From a virus: a stretch of DNA of 64,000 nucleotides. How positions within the stretch are numbered: position 1 is the stretch's first letter; the number at the start of each line of letters is the position of its first letter. The stretch covers positions 32,001-96,000 of the IMG/VR virus record IMGVR_UViG_3300032323_002909. One strand, 5' to 3'. The position numbers were made by a program, and so were the translations under genes. Below are positions 27,699 through 37,827 of this stretch, in pieces. The notes beneath the pieces were generated by a model. That model worked only from the letters and a program-made list of their open reading frames with translations. It did not search any database and had not been told where the DNA came from.

Positions 27699-28847
27699 TT
27701 AGAAGAATCCAATTTTACGCTCTTCAAATGAGTTAGCAACGCTGGTCACTTTTTGGTGATTGAATAATTCAGCCAATGTCATTTCATTATCAACTTCGAT
27801 GTCTAGATTACAGTGGTCTGCCAATCGTTGACACTCTGATATACTAAGTTTATCAAATTTGTATTCCATGAATAATCTTCCTTTGCGAAGGAGTGCTGGA
27901 TCAATTTTTGTCAATTCACAATTAAACGTGCAGATGACTTTCATTTTCATCGAATCTTTCAAAAATCCATCGGTAATACCGAGTATATTCTGAGTACCAG
28001 AATTTCTATCAACTGATAAAATTTCTTCAGCATCTTCAATCAATAATACACTACCTTGATTGTCTAGCATAAATGAGATGAACGATGGTTGTGAAATCAC
28101 AGAAACCATAGAAGGTGGAATATAAATAACATCATACTTGCATTTGGTAATCAAATTTTTAATAAAATTAGATTTTCCAGTGCCTGGTAAACCGTGTAAT
28201 AACAGCAGATTTTCAGTATCATCTAATGTGACAAAGTTCAACATTTTATCATATGGAAACTTATCACCATAATACAAATCATATCTATCATCTAGAATTG
28301 GAATATCGTTGAATGATGTTTTTAATTTAGTCAACCCTTGGCTATTTTGCGAGATCATATAAAACTCTTTTTGAGTAGAATATTCAAATATAATATCCAA
28401 ATTCAAAAATTCATTCAAGAAATTTAAAATTTTCTCTTTATTTTCCAATAGTGGAGTAAAGACAATAAGTATACCTTCCGAGTCACGAGGAGTCTCAAAT
28501 TCAAAAGGTATAATGAGATTATCAGGAACAGGAGAAGGATTGATAGATATTGATATCAACATCGAAAAATCATCATTGAAATAATGTCCAAGTTCATATT
28601 CATGAATGTTATATTGTCTAACAGTATTGAACGCATGCTTTTTAAGAAACTCATGCAATTTATGAATATATTTTTCAGATATCGAATAATTTTTTATGTG
28701 TATCGATGTCGATGATAAATTACCATATTTTTGCTCAAACAATGATGGATATTCCGATTGAAGAGTAAATGGTTTCACAACATCGACCCAATAAATGTTA
28801 TCGAGACATTTTAGTATTTCTTGTATATTATTAATCATATTTTTCAA
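27699..28847 (-). CDS. AAA+ ATPase
   Basis: Walker A GLPGTGKS, Walker B LLIEDAE, CTFN, IDPALLRKGRL. Confidence 0.9.
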   Translation of the reverse strand: MKNMINNIQEILKCLDNIYWVDVVKPFTLQSEYPSLFEQKYGNLSSTSIHIKNYSISEKYIHKLHEFLKKHAFNTVRQYNIHEYELGHYFNDDFSMLISISINPSPVPDNLIIPFEFETPRDSEGILIVFTPLLENKEKILNFLNEFLNLDIIFEYSTQKEFYMISQNSQGLTKLKTSFNDIPILDDRYDLYYGDKFPYDKMLNFVTLDDTENLLLLHGLPGTGKSNFIKNLITKCKYDVIYIPPSMVSVISQPSFISFMLDNQGSVLLIEDAEEILSVDRNSGTQNILGITDGFLKDSMKMKVICTFNCELTKIDPALLRKGRLFMEYKFDKLSISECQRLADHCNLDIEVDNEMTLAELFNHQKVTSVANSFEERKIGFF

Positions 28848-30469
28848 TTAAATCTTTCAGTAAAGAATTTAGGAAGTTTATTACTGTTTCTAACCATAGC
28901 ATCATAAATGCTACCGTCAAGTATATATGTATCACAATAATCATTTTCATTTCTCACGCTTCGTCCACACGCTTGAACGAGTGTCTTGAACATCGCATTA
29001 GAATACCAATCCTTATCAAGTTTCATCAGTTTTTCAACACGAACATCCTTAACAGGGGGCCACGGAGCTTTCAGTATAATTTGGAATCTAGATAGATCAT
29101 CTTTCAAATCTACCCCATATGTCATTGATGGTGATACTAAAACAGTTGGGTGATCACTATCTTCATGCATTTCCAATAGTTGTTCATTGTTAACACCTGT
29201 TTCCCTAACAAGCAATCTATCAGATTTTATATTTTCTCTGATATAATCAGTCAAATATTGGGTGTGGGTATGTATAATACCCTTTTCATTTGGGTGATTG
29301 TCTAGAATGCCACGAATTTGTTTCATCAATTTGGGCAACATATCCTTGAGATTTTTATTATTCAATTTTTGAGCCGCCATAATATAAATTGGCGATTTCT
29401 CAGGATTAAAATCAGATGGTATATGGATGTATTCGTAATCGGTAATACCTAAAGATTTGCAGTAAGCAACAACATCAATGATGGTCGCAGAAAGTATTAC
29501 AACTTTCTCAGCGTGTCTAAACAAATGTTTAGATAAAACATCGACTTTGAGTGGAATAAATCGAATTTTAGAATCTAATCTTTCTATAATATATTCACTA
29601 TCATAAAATGTTTCATGTAAAAGACCTAGAGAATTTTGAAGATTTGTCAATTTAGTATATTCACTCTTTTTCTTATTAAAGGTAATTATATCTTTTTTGA
29701 AATCATTTTCAGAAAACCATGATTTATAATTCTCGACAGATTTGGTAACATTCACCAACAAATTCTCGATCCACGAAAGGATTTTAATTTTATTACCAGT
29801 ATCATTTGGCAATGATGACACCAAAGTCTGTGTTTTCATCAAAAATGTGATGTCAATTTCGGCAGTAAATTGAGATACCAATTGCTCTTCTAATTCAGAT
29901 CCTTCATCACAAACCATAATTTCTCGTCTTTTCAAATGATTTGGTAAAGAAAAGAACATACTGTAATTCAGTGTTGAAAATTTTGAAGTCAACATTTTAT
30001 TACGTTCGTTATAATATGGGCAACGATTAACCGCCCAACATTCATCACGCTGTCTTGGACTATGTATACAAGGCGCGACATCAACAGATAATGTATCGTC
30101 GATACCACATTGATAATTACTTTTACCTTTCAACAAACCACTATCATCGAATGTGTTGTGATATTGGTCTTGAAGTGATTTCGTAATCGTAAGTGCGTAG
30201 CATCCAAACGATTTAAAATTTGACATCAATTGCTCGCCATTTTCTCCAAATATTGTGTATCTGTTCACATAAGATGCAAAATCTTCAGGAATTTCTCTAG
30301 ATGCATTGCCTAGAGTTTTGGCGATATGTGTTTTCCCTGCGCCTGTGTCCGCATGGACAATTACAAATTTTTTACCATTATTGAATGCCTTTTCAATTTC
30401 ATTCAATGCATGTGATTGTTTATCTCTTGGTTGGTATCCCTCTGGAAATTTAAATATTAAATTGTTCAT
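28844..30469 (-). CDS. DinG/XPD-family SF2 helicase
   Basis: ADTGAGKT, Fe-S-type Cys (C..C..C..CPY), DEGS, LSAT, GVD, QACGRSVR..D. Confidence 0.85.
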   Translation of the reverse strand: MNNLIFKFPEGYQPRDKQSHALNEIEKAFNNGKKFVIVHADTGAGKTHIAKTLGNASREIPEDFASYVNRYTIFGENGEQLMSNFKSFGCYALTITKSLQDQYHNTFDDSGLLKGKSNYQCGIDDTLSVDVAPCIHSPRQRDECWAVNRCPYYNERNKMLTSKFSTLNYSMFFSLPNHLKRREIMVCDEGSELEEQLVSQFTAEIDITFLMKTQTLVSSLPNDTGNKIKILSWIENLLVNVTKSVENYKSWFSENDFKKDIITFNKKKSEYTKLTNLQNSLGLLHETFYDSEYIIERLDSKIRFIPLKVDVLSKHLFRHAEKVVILSATIIDVVAYCKSLGITDYEYIHIPSDFNPEKSPIYIMAAQKLNNKNLKDMLPKLMKQIRGILDNHPNEKGIIHTHTQYLTDYIRENIKSDRLLVRETGVNNEQLLEMHEDSDHPTVLVSPSMTYGVDLKDDLSRFQIILKAPWPPVKDVRVEKLMKLDKDWYSNAMFKTLVQACGRSVRNENDYCDTYILDGSIYDAMVRNSNKLPKFFTERFN

Positions 30470-30523
30470 AGTTTCTGCATCGCGGCAATACTTTGCTGCT
30501 GAACAGAAGCATATAACAATATT

Positions 30524-30853
30524 TCAAGATGTCAACACAAATAAATAATTGTTGAAAAATTTTGAAGAGTCGTTTTTTTTCATAGTCATCATTTTCCAGT
30601 AAGATTCTTCAGTTCTAGGGCAAAACGCGCTCAATGAATAATCAAAAATATAACCATCATTTGTACTTTTCACATTGTATGGATAAGAAATTTCCCATTC
30701 TTTAACTTCATCATCCATTTCTATTTTAAATTTGATGAAATTTTGTTTTACGTTAAACATATGTATTTTACCATGTTTTATCGTTTTGTCGTTTAGAACA
30801 AAAGATATTTCACGGAAAATCATATTTTTTAAATATTTTTCTATCCTATCCAT
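30524..30853 (-). CDS. hypothetical protein
   Basis: Overlapping ORF in operon. Confidence 0.6.
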   Translation of the reverse strand: MDRIEKYLKNMIFREISFVLNDKTIKHGKIHMFNVKQNFIKFKIEMDDEVKEWEISYPYNVKSTNDGYIFDYSLSAFCPRTEESYWKMMTMKKNDSSKFFNNYLFVLTS

Positions 30854-31257
30854 GTGTCAATTACGTTATCTAAATCCATATACCTCATTTTTTCTTGTGG
30901 GCTAAGCGTCATTATAGATTCGTTGAAATATTCCCAGAACCTATCATCAGCAGGTATTTTTTGCATCAAATAGCATTCATCCATATTCACGTTACGATAA
31001 TCTTGCATCATGATGTCCCAAGTAACTAATAAATTATGTTTTCGATCATCAATTTTCTTAGGTACAAAAGAACCACGGTAATTTAATACTCTCAAACCGT
31101 TTTCAGACCTGAGAATCTCCGTACTATTAGTACAGAGCATCTGCCGTAATAGTGGTCTATTAGGGGCTCGTTCTGGTCGTCTACGAACTATCAATATATC
31201 ACATACGTTTCTATTGAGCATCCGTAGGAGACCCAATCTAGTTATCTTTTGAAGCAT
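30841..31257 (-). CDS. WYL-like/SH3-fold conserved phage protein
   Basis: R.MLCT....TWDI..QDYRNV pattern. Confidence 0.5.
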   Translation of the reverse strand: MLQKITRLGLLRMLNRNVCDILIVRRRPERAPNRPLLRQMLCTNSTEILRSENGLRVLNYRGSFVPKKIDDRKHNLLVTWDIMMQDYRNVNMDECYLMQKIPADDRFWEYFNESIMTLSPQEKMRYMDLDNVIDTWIG

Positions 31258-31657
31258 TTACTTCACAAACGCCAAACATGCGCTGCTCGTTCAAGAACAA
31301 ACCGTTCTTAATTTTACCGTGTCCCTTTACATGTAAGTTAGTAATAGGGATACCCATGTTATTCGGAAATACTACGATGTCGCCGATTTCTGTATACCGA
31401 ACACTTGGTCCTTTTAGAATGACTTTACCCTTACGCCATGCATTATGAATTTGAGATACAGGCACTGCAATTCCACCTCTTAAAATATAATCACCGCCTT
31501 CGCCGCCAGTATGCAGGTCGCAATATTCGACCAATACTGCATCGTCATACAACTTGGACAATACATAATCATCTAAGCCGAAGTCACTTGGAAGTGAACT
31601 GTCGCTAAGATCAATATGCGATTTTTGAGGAGCTAATACATCAATAGATATAGACAT
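31238..31657 (-). CDS. GroES-like co-chaperonin (gp31-type)
   Basis: LYDDAVLVE, GGIAVP, GKVILKGP.V....GDIVVFP, LNEQRMFG. Confidence 0.75.
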   Translation of the reverse strand: MSISIDVLAPQKSHIDLSDSSLPSDFGLDDYVLSKLYDDAVLVEYCDLHTGGEGGDYILRGGIAVPVSQIHNAWRKGKVILKGPSVRYTEIGDIVVFPNNMGIPITNLHVKGHGKIKNGLFLNEQRMFGVCEVNASKDN

Positions 31658-31692
31658 GTTAATATTTATTGATATAATCTATATGTCAATAG

Positions 31693-31950
31693 TTATTTTT
31701 TCTTTTTAGAAATATATTTGATGTTTTTCTTTTTTAATTTGGGTATTATATTCCTATAAAATAAAAATTTATCATCATCATTATCAAATATTTGAGTATA
31801 CTTATTCAAAGTATTATTAGCATAATGCAATAGCTCGGGACTATAAAAACTCAAATAACGAGTTGTCATATAAGGTGAAAATTCATCCAATAATTCACTG
31901 GTGATTTCTTTTTTGTCTTCGTATAATAAATTGTTGATGGTATCAAACAT
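31693..31950 (-). CDS. gp62: clamp loader small subunit-like (short)
   Basis: FD.IN.L..K, FSPYM..RYLS, AN..N, F.FY...IPK.K...KY. Confidence 0.6.
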   Translation of the reverse strand: MFDTINNLLYEDKKEITSELLDEFSPYMTTRYLSFYSPELLHYANNTLNKYTQIFDNDDDKFLFYRNIIPKLKKKNIKYISKKKK

Positions 31951-32716
31951 AAAAAATATTCATGTCATTACGATATATATCTTGATAATACCGCAATGGT
32001 AGATCAGCAAACCACACAGATGGGAAATAACATTCTTTTTTACCTATCAAAGATGCCCACCATGAAAATGTGGAGTTGCTGCCTATGATAATATCACACA
32101 TGCTCATGCGTGTCAACTCTTCAATATCAGTGTTTAGAGAAATTATTTCGAAATTGTATTCTGGGAATTCTTCTCTGACTGCTTGTTTACTATCAGTAAA
32201 CACTTTAATATCACAATCTTTATATTTTTCAAAAAAATATCTAAAATATTCGGTATTACAGACATGTAATCTCTCAGGATATTTCATATAATCGCCTCGT
32301 CTAATGTGTATACCAACTTCAACTTTGCTAAAATTTTTATTATTTAATGTGATATTTGGTAGACATAGTTGTTCTATAAAGTCATCTTTATATTCTTCAA
32401 AATACTTCATTGTTTGGAAGTATCCATTTAAATTAATATTACCTTTAAATTCTGGAATTTCATCATATCCAAATCTTTTTTCAAGATAAATTGGCGTATC
32501 ATAAGATGCTAGACCATATTTAAAATTTTTAAATATCCCATCCATATATGTCAATGGGTGGTTTCCTTGTTCTGCTTTCCATCTAGAAACATTTAAAACT
32601 AAATCTTTATTATATTTTTTGGAATATGCGTATCCAACAGCAGATTGAAAGATTTGATTAGCAACACCGCCCATCAAATCAATATAACATTTTTCATTTT
32701 TAATCGTATTCATCAT
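31943..32716 (-). CDS. GT11 alpha-1,2-fucosyltransferase-like
   Basis: GGVANQIFQ, GYFQ, HIRRGDY, SNSTFSWWA. Confidence 0.9.
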   Translation of the reverse strand: MMNTIKNEKCYIDLMGGVANQIFQSAVGYAYSKKYNKDLVLNVSRWKAEQGNHPLTYMDGIFKNFKYGLASYDTPIYLEKRFGYDEIPEFKGNINLNGYFQTMKYFEEYKDDFIEQLCLPNITLNNKNFSKVEVGIHIRRGDYMKYPERLHVCNTEYFRYFFEKYKDCDIKVFTDSKQAVREEFPEYNFEIISLNTDIEELTRMSMCDIIIGSNSTFSWWASLIGKKECYFPSVWFADLPLRYYQDIYRNDMNIFYV

Positions 32717-33456
32717 TATAATGTTGATATAATTGTCATGTCGGGTCTATATATATCCGAACAATCACGTCCAATTAACCACACGTCAGGGACGATAATT
32801 TCTTTCTTTTTCGGACCAAGTAAACTTGCCCACCATGAAAATGACGAATTACTACAAATAATTTTATCGTATTGTGATATCAGAGCAAGATCTTCCAATT
32901 CTGTATTACCAGTTACAATGTTTAACTCGCGATGCTCAAATTCATTTCGAACATAATCGGGCGAATCTGTAAACACGTCAACATATTTTGATTTAAAACA
33001 CTTAAATTGTTTTTCGAAATATGCTGTATTACAAACATAATGTATATGGTCATTAATCAAATAATCACCTCTTCTAATATGGAAAGCAACTTTATCCATA
33101 ACTGGTGTTATTTTCGGAAGTTCTAATAAATTTATGAATTCTTCCTTACAATCTTCAAAATATTTTAATGATTGAAAATAACCAACCAACACGACATCGC
33201 CATCCACATATGGCAATTCGTCGTAATCATCTCGTTTTTCATGAATAATAGTCGGAGTCGATTCAATTTCGCCAAATTCAAAATTTTTAAAAATCGTGCA
33301 TTTATATGTCGAAGGGTGATTTCCCTGCGCAGCACCCCAATTCGAATCGTTAATAATCAATTTTTTTCCATGCCGTTTAGCATATGCATATCCAGCAGCA
33401 ATCATAAAAATTTGATTACCTAAACCACCTGCAACGTTTACATAACAATTATTCAT
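32716..33456 (-). CDS. GT11 alpha-1,2-fucosyltransferase-like
   Basis: GGLGNQIF, GYFQS, HIRRGDY, SNSSFSWWA. Confidence 0.9.
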   Translation of the reverse strand: MNNCYVNVAGGLGNQIFMIAAGYAYAKRHGKKLIINDSNWGAAQGNHPSTYKCTIFKNFEFGEIESTPTIIHEKRDDYDELPYVDGDVVLVGYFQSLKYFEDCKEEFINLLELPKITPVMDKVAFHIRRGDYLINDHIHYVCNTAYFEKQFKCFKSKYVDVFTDSPDYVRNEFEHRELNIVTGNTELEDLALISQYDKIICSNSSFSWWASLLGPKKKEIIVPDVWLIGRDCSDIYRPDMTIISTL

Positions 33457-34268
33457 AATAATTTATCTACAATATCAGTCATATTATTTTTTATTTTAAA
33501 TCCCATATTTTTTATTTTAGATGTATCCAAATACATAGATTCCACTTGAACTATTTTATGGAAATCTGTAGGCTCCATATTTCCAATCTCACTGGAAGAA
33601 TTAAGTGCTTTATATGCGTAATCTATAATATCTCTGAATAAAATTGGTTTGCCCCCTGACAAATTATAGATTTCACCATTCTCTCCTTTATCCATCAAAA
33701 AATCGATACCTGATACTACATCATCTATATGAATGTAATCCCTATAAAAATTGCCGTTGTTGTAGAGATTAATCGGACGATTTTCTTTCATTTCATTTAT
33801 TAAATATTGTAGAGCATTTTTCTTCTTTGAAATTTTAGAATCAGAGTTTCCAACAACATTACCTAATCTAATTATCTTATAATTGATTCCAAAAGTTTTA
33901 CAATAAGAATGGATCAATAATTCTGCTGCATATTTTGTTATCGAATAGAATCCTCTTGGATTGCAAATCGAATCTTCTTTAGCTGGTAAAGTTGTATCAC
34001 CATACACAAACCAAGAACTTATGAAGGTAAATTCGATGTTTTTTATCTTTTTACATTCATCTAACACATTCATCAAATGGATAAGATTAGTGTTTATATC
34101 TATTTTCGAATCTGTTAATACGTTATAATTATCAACAGTGCTTATCAGATATAGAACTTTTTCACTGAGAGGGGTAAAAGAATTTCTATCTATAATTATG
34201 ACATCGGACTCTTTTTTATTACAAAAAGCCTGACCCACAAAACCTCTACCCCCAAATACTGATATCAT
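33453..34268 (-). CDS. NAD-dependent sugar epimerase/dehydratase/reductase
   Basis: GGRGFVG, SSWFVYG, YSITK, RDYIHIDD. Confidence 0.85.
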   Translation of the reverse strand: MISVFGGRGFVGQAFCNKKESDVIIIDRNSFTPLSEKVLYLISTVDNYNVLTDSKIDINTNLIHLMNVLDECKKIKNIEFTFISSWFVYGDTTLPAKEDSICNPRGFYSITKYAAELLIHSYCKTFGINYKIIRLGNVVGNSDSKISKKKNALQYLINEMKENRPINLYNNGNFYRDYIHIDDVVSGIDFLMDKGENGEIYNLSGGKPILFRDIIDYAYKALNSSSEIGNMEPTDFHKIVQVESMYLDTSKIKNMGFKIKNNMTDIVDKLL

Positions 34269-35551
34269 TGGAATTTTGAAATTACGTTTTCGATATAATC
34301 AAACACTGGCTGTGTGTAATGCGGTGCAGCCCCGACAAAAAATACAGAATTCAACACTTTGTTAGCTTCGGGATATTTTTTATAATCATCTAAGTGTTTA
34401 TATCCAGGATGTAATAGAATATTTCCAGCAAAATAATTTCTTGTTTGAATTTTGTTATCTTCCAAATATTTCACAAGTCTATGCTTAACCCCAATATCTT
34501 CACAGATAAAAGGTGTGCCAAACCAACAAGGATCTGCTTTTTCTAAAACTTTCGGACTTCTAATATTAGCAATATGTTTGTTGAAAATTTCGGATATTTT
34601 ATTATTCGAGTTTCTCCTATTAGATTCGATTCCATCTAATTTTTCAAGCTGAATCAATCCAATAGCACCTTGCAAATCCAAGGGTTTTAAATTATACCCC
34701 ATCTCAGAGAAAACATATTTATGGTCTATAACACCGTCAAAATTCTCTAGCCAATTATCAAATCTATTACCACATGTTCCACAGGGGAGTAAATTTGCAG
34801 AGCCAACGCAATAACAATCTCTACCCCACCAACTCAAACTAACAAACAATTTTTTAAGTTCGATATCATTCGAACAAACCATACCACCTTCTCCTGTTGA
34901 GATGTGGTGAGCAGGATAAAAAGAATTAGAATACGCTACATAATATTCATTGAGGTATTTACCATCCCACTTACTTCCTAAACTATCACAATTATCTCCC
35001 ACCAAAAGAATACCATATTTTTCACTAATTGCTGTCAACTTATCCATGTCTGGTGGATTTCCCAAAACAGGGGAAACAAAAATAGCTTTCGTTTTATTTG
35101 TTATTTTTGATTCAATTTGATCAATATCAAAGTTTAATGTATCCCATTCGATATCAACAAATACAGGAGTTAATTTATTTTGATAAATAACAGAAACAGT
35201 AGTGGCAAACCCAACAGGCGACACAATTATCTCATCACCATCTTGCCAATCGAATCGTCGTTTCAATGCTGCTATCAAAATGAGATTCGCTGAACTTCCA
35301 GAATTTACCATGTGTCCATATTTGGTATTGAATCTTTTAGAAAATTGACTTTCGAATTTATGAACCTTTTCTCCAGCAGTGATCCATTTACCATTTAAAA
35401 ATGAATCTAATGCTGCTTCAGTTTCTCTATTATCCCAGTATGGTCCAGAATAATATATTGGCGTTTTACCAGCTTTAAATTCATTTGCATTGTAGATATA
35501 CGGCGAAACATGATTACCCACTAATGTTTTAATATCTTCTTTTAAAATCAT
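34265..35551 (-). CDS. rfbH: NDP-4-keto-6-deoxyglucose 3-dehydrase (RfbH/DdhC-like, DegT family)
   Basis: VNSGSSANL, DNCDSLGS, SFYPAHHISTGEGG (His in place of Schiff-base Lys), WGRDCYC..CGTC Fe-S motif, DHKY. Confidence 0.85.
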   Translation of the reverse strand: MILKEDIKTLVGNHVSPYIYNANEFKAGKTPIYYSGPYWDNRETEAALDSFLNGKWITAGEKVHKFESQFSKRFNTKYGHMVNSGSSANLILIAALKRRFDWQDGDEIIVSPVGFATTVSVIYQNKLTPVFVDIEWDTLNFDIDQIESKITNKTKAIFVSPVLGNPPDMDKLTAISEKYGILLVGDNCDSLGSKWDGKYLNEYYVAYSNSFYPAHHISTGEGGMVCSNDIELKKLFVSLSWWGRDCYCVGSANLLPCGTCGNRFDNWLENFDGVIDHKYVFSEMGYNLKPLDLQGAIGLIQLEKLDGIESNRRNSNNKISEIFNKHIANIRSPKVLEKADPCWFGTPFICEDIGVKHRLVKYLEDNKIQTRNYFAGNILLHPGYKHLDDYKKYPEANKVLNSVFFVGAAPHYTQPVFDYIENVISKFQ

Positions 35552-35558
35552 ACTATAT

Positions 35559-35586
35559 AATTTAACATATTTTTCTAATATGTCAA
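35559..35586 (-). promoter_or_regulatory. sigma70-type promoter TTGACA-N16-(TGn)TAAATT
   Basis: -10 ends 7 nt before the rfbH ATG. Confidence 0.65.
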
Positions 35587-35590
35587 TTTA

Positions 35591-36268
35591 TTAAACGGTT
35601 AAATATTTGGGATTAAAAATGTAACATTCCAATCTTTCAATAATCCATGGTGTAACTTCTTCTACTAATAAGAATTCTACAATTTTTTTATAAAATTCTT
35701 TACTTCTAATTTTAACATGCTCTTTTGTTATTCCAAAATGTCCACCAGGAATAAATTCGTAACGATCTGGAGGGGTTGATTTGAAGAATAAATTCCAATA
35801 TTTATCAATATCAATTAATGGATTGGTGTCTTGCGGCATACCATCACTATTACAATATAATATATTACCATCATCTCCATGATGAGTGGATGGATACAAT
35901 TTCCACATAATACCACCATTTGAAGAGTGTGTTTGGATAGTATTCCAATGATACCCATAATAACCTCCTATTTTCAATTGTTCATGTTGTGGAGTGGGAA
36001 CATCATTTATGATTTCGATTATATTTTCCCAATGATCAAAAGGATAATCTTGCGCAAAATATGTTATATCAGAAAGGTTATCGTAATTTTGAAAAATATG
36101 ATTAAAGAATGTATGGACGCATCTTCCTTTATTGTTTTCTATATAGATTTCATTTACATCATCACTTTTGTTTCCTTTTCGATATATAGTTTTTTTCACA
36201 TTAGAATTTAATTTATTCAACCAATTCAAATTTTTATCATAAGCAGCTATTACTATTTCTTTTTTCAT
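35591..36268 (-). CDS. DUF3431-like putative glycosyltransferase
   Basis: IVIAAY...WL, NKGR..HTFFNHI..NYDNL...TYF.Q..PFDH, PGG.F, ERL. Confidence 0.7.
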   Translation of the reverse strand: MKKEIVIAAYDKNLNWLNKLNSNVKKTIYRKGNKSDDVNEIYIENNKGRCVHTFFNHIFQNYDNLSDITYFAQDYPFDHWENIIEIINDVPTPQHEQLKIGGYYGYHWNTIQTHSSNGGIMWKLYPSTHHGDDGNILYCNSDGMPQDTNPLIDIDKYWNLFFKSTPPDRYEFIPGGHFGITKEHVKIRSKEFYKKIVEFLLVEEVTPWIIERLECYIFNPKYLTV

Positions 36269-36306
36269 TTAAAAATATGTATGTTTTTTATTTAAAACTA
36301 ATAAGA

Positions 36307-37092
36307 TTAATTGGCAAAATATTTTTCTAGGTTTTTTTTATTTTTAATAATGTATTCAGGCAATCCTGTTTCATCTATTCTATAACCATTTTTTCTCATC
36401 TCCATATAATTCTCGTGATAAACGGGGTGTGAAAAATCTGCTATTTTTTTATCTACTCCCCCCAGTGCATTGAAATGCCATCCCCCATTTTCAATAAAAA
36501 TATATTTATGATCCATAAATCTACGAGTTCTTAAATGATTCAAACATTCATTTTTGATATTTTTATACTTGGTTACGATTGGTCCTGTAAAATAAGTCCA
36601 ATTTTCATTTGTTCTCACATTTAAATATTCGATATAACAATTATTGATCATGGGCTTATATACACCATCTTGAATATCGATATTTAAATCATAATTCCAT
36701 ATTTCATCGACATCACAAACATAACAAATATCATTATCATTCAAATCAACTAATGCTTTTTTAATACATTCTTTTTGATAAAATTCTATCAACCAACAAT
36801 AATGTTCTCTTGTAACATTAGGACTGTTCAATGCCATGTCAAAATATTCTTTGTCGCATCCATTGCTATCTTCAAATGTTTTTGGTGATTTATCTATTTT
36901 ATAATGAATAATTTTATCATGAAATTTTTCAAATTGTTTTTTATTTTCTTCGTAATAAAAAGGTTTATCCACGCCACTAAATGTTGTATTCGCTTCCACT
37001 AACACAAATTTATCAACATGTGGATCGAGAATATTCAATCTCAGTTCCAGCATGTCGAGTTCGTTATTAAAGCTAAAAATATCGTAAATCAT
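36307..37092 (-). CDS. GT17 (MGAT3-like) N-acetylglucosaminyltransferase
   Basis: IYD.F.FNNELDMLELRL, FVLVEAN.TFSG..KP, DVDEI, GGWHF. Confidence 0.85.
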   Translation of the reverse strand: MIYDIFSFNNELDMLELRLNILDPHVDKFVLVEANTTFSGVDKPFYYEENKKQFEKFHDKIIHYKIDKSPKTFEDSNGCDKEYFDMALNSPNVTREHYCWLIEFYQKECIKKALVDLNDNDICYVCDVDEIWNYDLNIDIQDGVYKPMINNCYIEYLNVRTNENWTYFTGPIVTKYKNIKNECLNHLRTRRFMDHKYIFIENGGWHFNALGGVDKKIADFSHPVYHENYMEMRKNGYRIDETGLPEYIIKNKKNLEKYFAN

Positions 37093-37826
37093 TTTGCGTA
37101 GTTAATATTTCTTCCCCACGTCGATGCGAAGTCTTGATTCAATGTTTCTAGATATGTGTTTAACTTTTCGTAATCTTTTTCTATTTCTTCAGCCCATCCT
37201 TCCTTGGATGCGCCTACTCCTGACCTACCTTCAGTATAGGTAGTATCATGATTATTCCCTGTTAAATCGTGTCTATCATGTTGTATACTAATCTCTCCAA
37301 CATTATGCAATAATCCCAATCTCTTACTCAAGATGTCAATCCATGAATCGGCTGCTTGAACATATGACAATCTACCTGTCAGATCGAACCATTTACGTGG
37401 TATTATAGGAAACAATACCCCCTGCGTGTTCCAGTAACGTTCCATATTACTAACTTTAGGACTTATTACACAAAATTTTTCATGTTCCTTGATTATAATA
37501 TCATCCCACCTACTACTCTCCATGATAGCATCATCATTCCACAAAAATAAAGAATTTCCAATCGATTTTTCCGACAGATCGTTATAATAATTGTTAAGAT
37601 TTAAATAATGATGTCTTTCACATACAAATAACCGTATATTATTTTTAGATTTGATATATTCTTCCGTATCACGAACGGTTTCTATATCATCATTATCCAT
37701 TGCAAGTAATATCTCAAAATTATTTACATCATTAGAAGTATCTAATAGTGATTGCACGGATTTTTTAAATGCCGCAAATCTACCCCTTGTTGGTAACAAC
37801 ACACTGATTTTAATTCCGTTATTCAT
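37089..37826 (-). CDS. GT2/GT-A glycosyltransferase
   Basis: ISVLLPTRGR, D.DD, WNDD. Confidence 0.8.
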   Translation of the reverse strand: MNNGIKISVLLPTRGRFAAFKKSVQSLLDTSNDVNNFEILLAMDNDDIETVRDTEEYIKSKNNIRLFVCERHHYLNLNNYYNDLSEKSIGNSLFLWNDDAIMESSRWDDIIIKEHEKFCVISPKVSNMERYWNTQGVLFPIIPRKWFDLTGRLSYVQAADSWIDILSKRLGLLHNVGEISIQHDRHDLTGNNHDTTYTEGRSGVGASKEGWAEEIEKDYEKLNTYLETLNQDFASTWGRNINYAK

Positions 37827-37827
37827 T

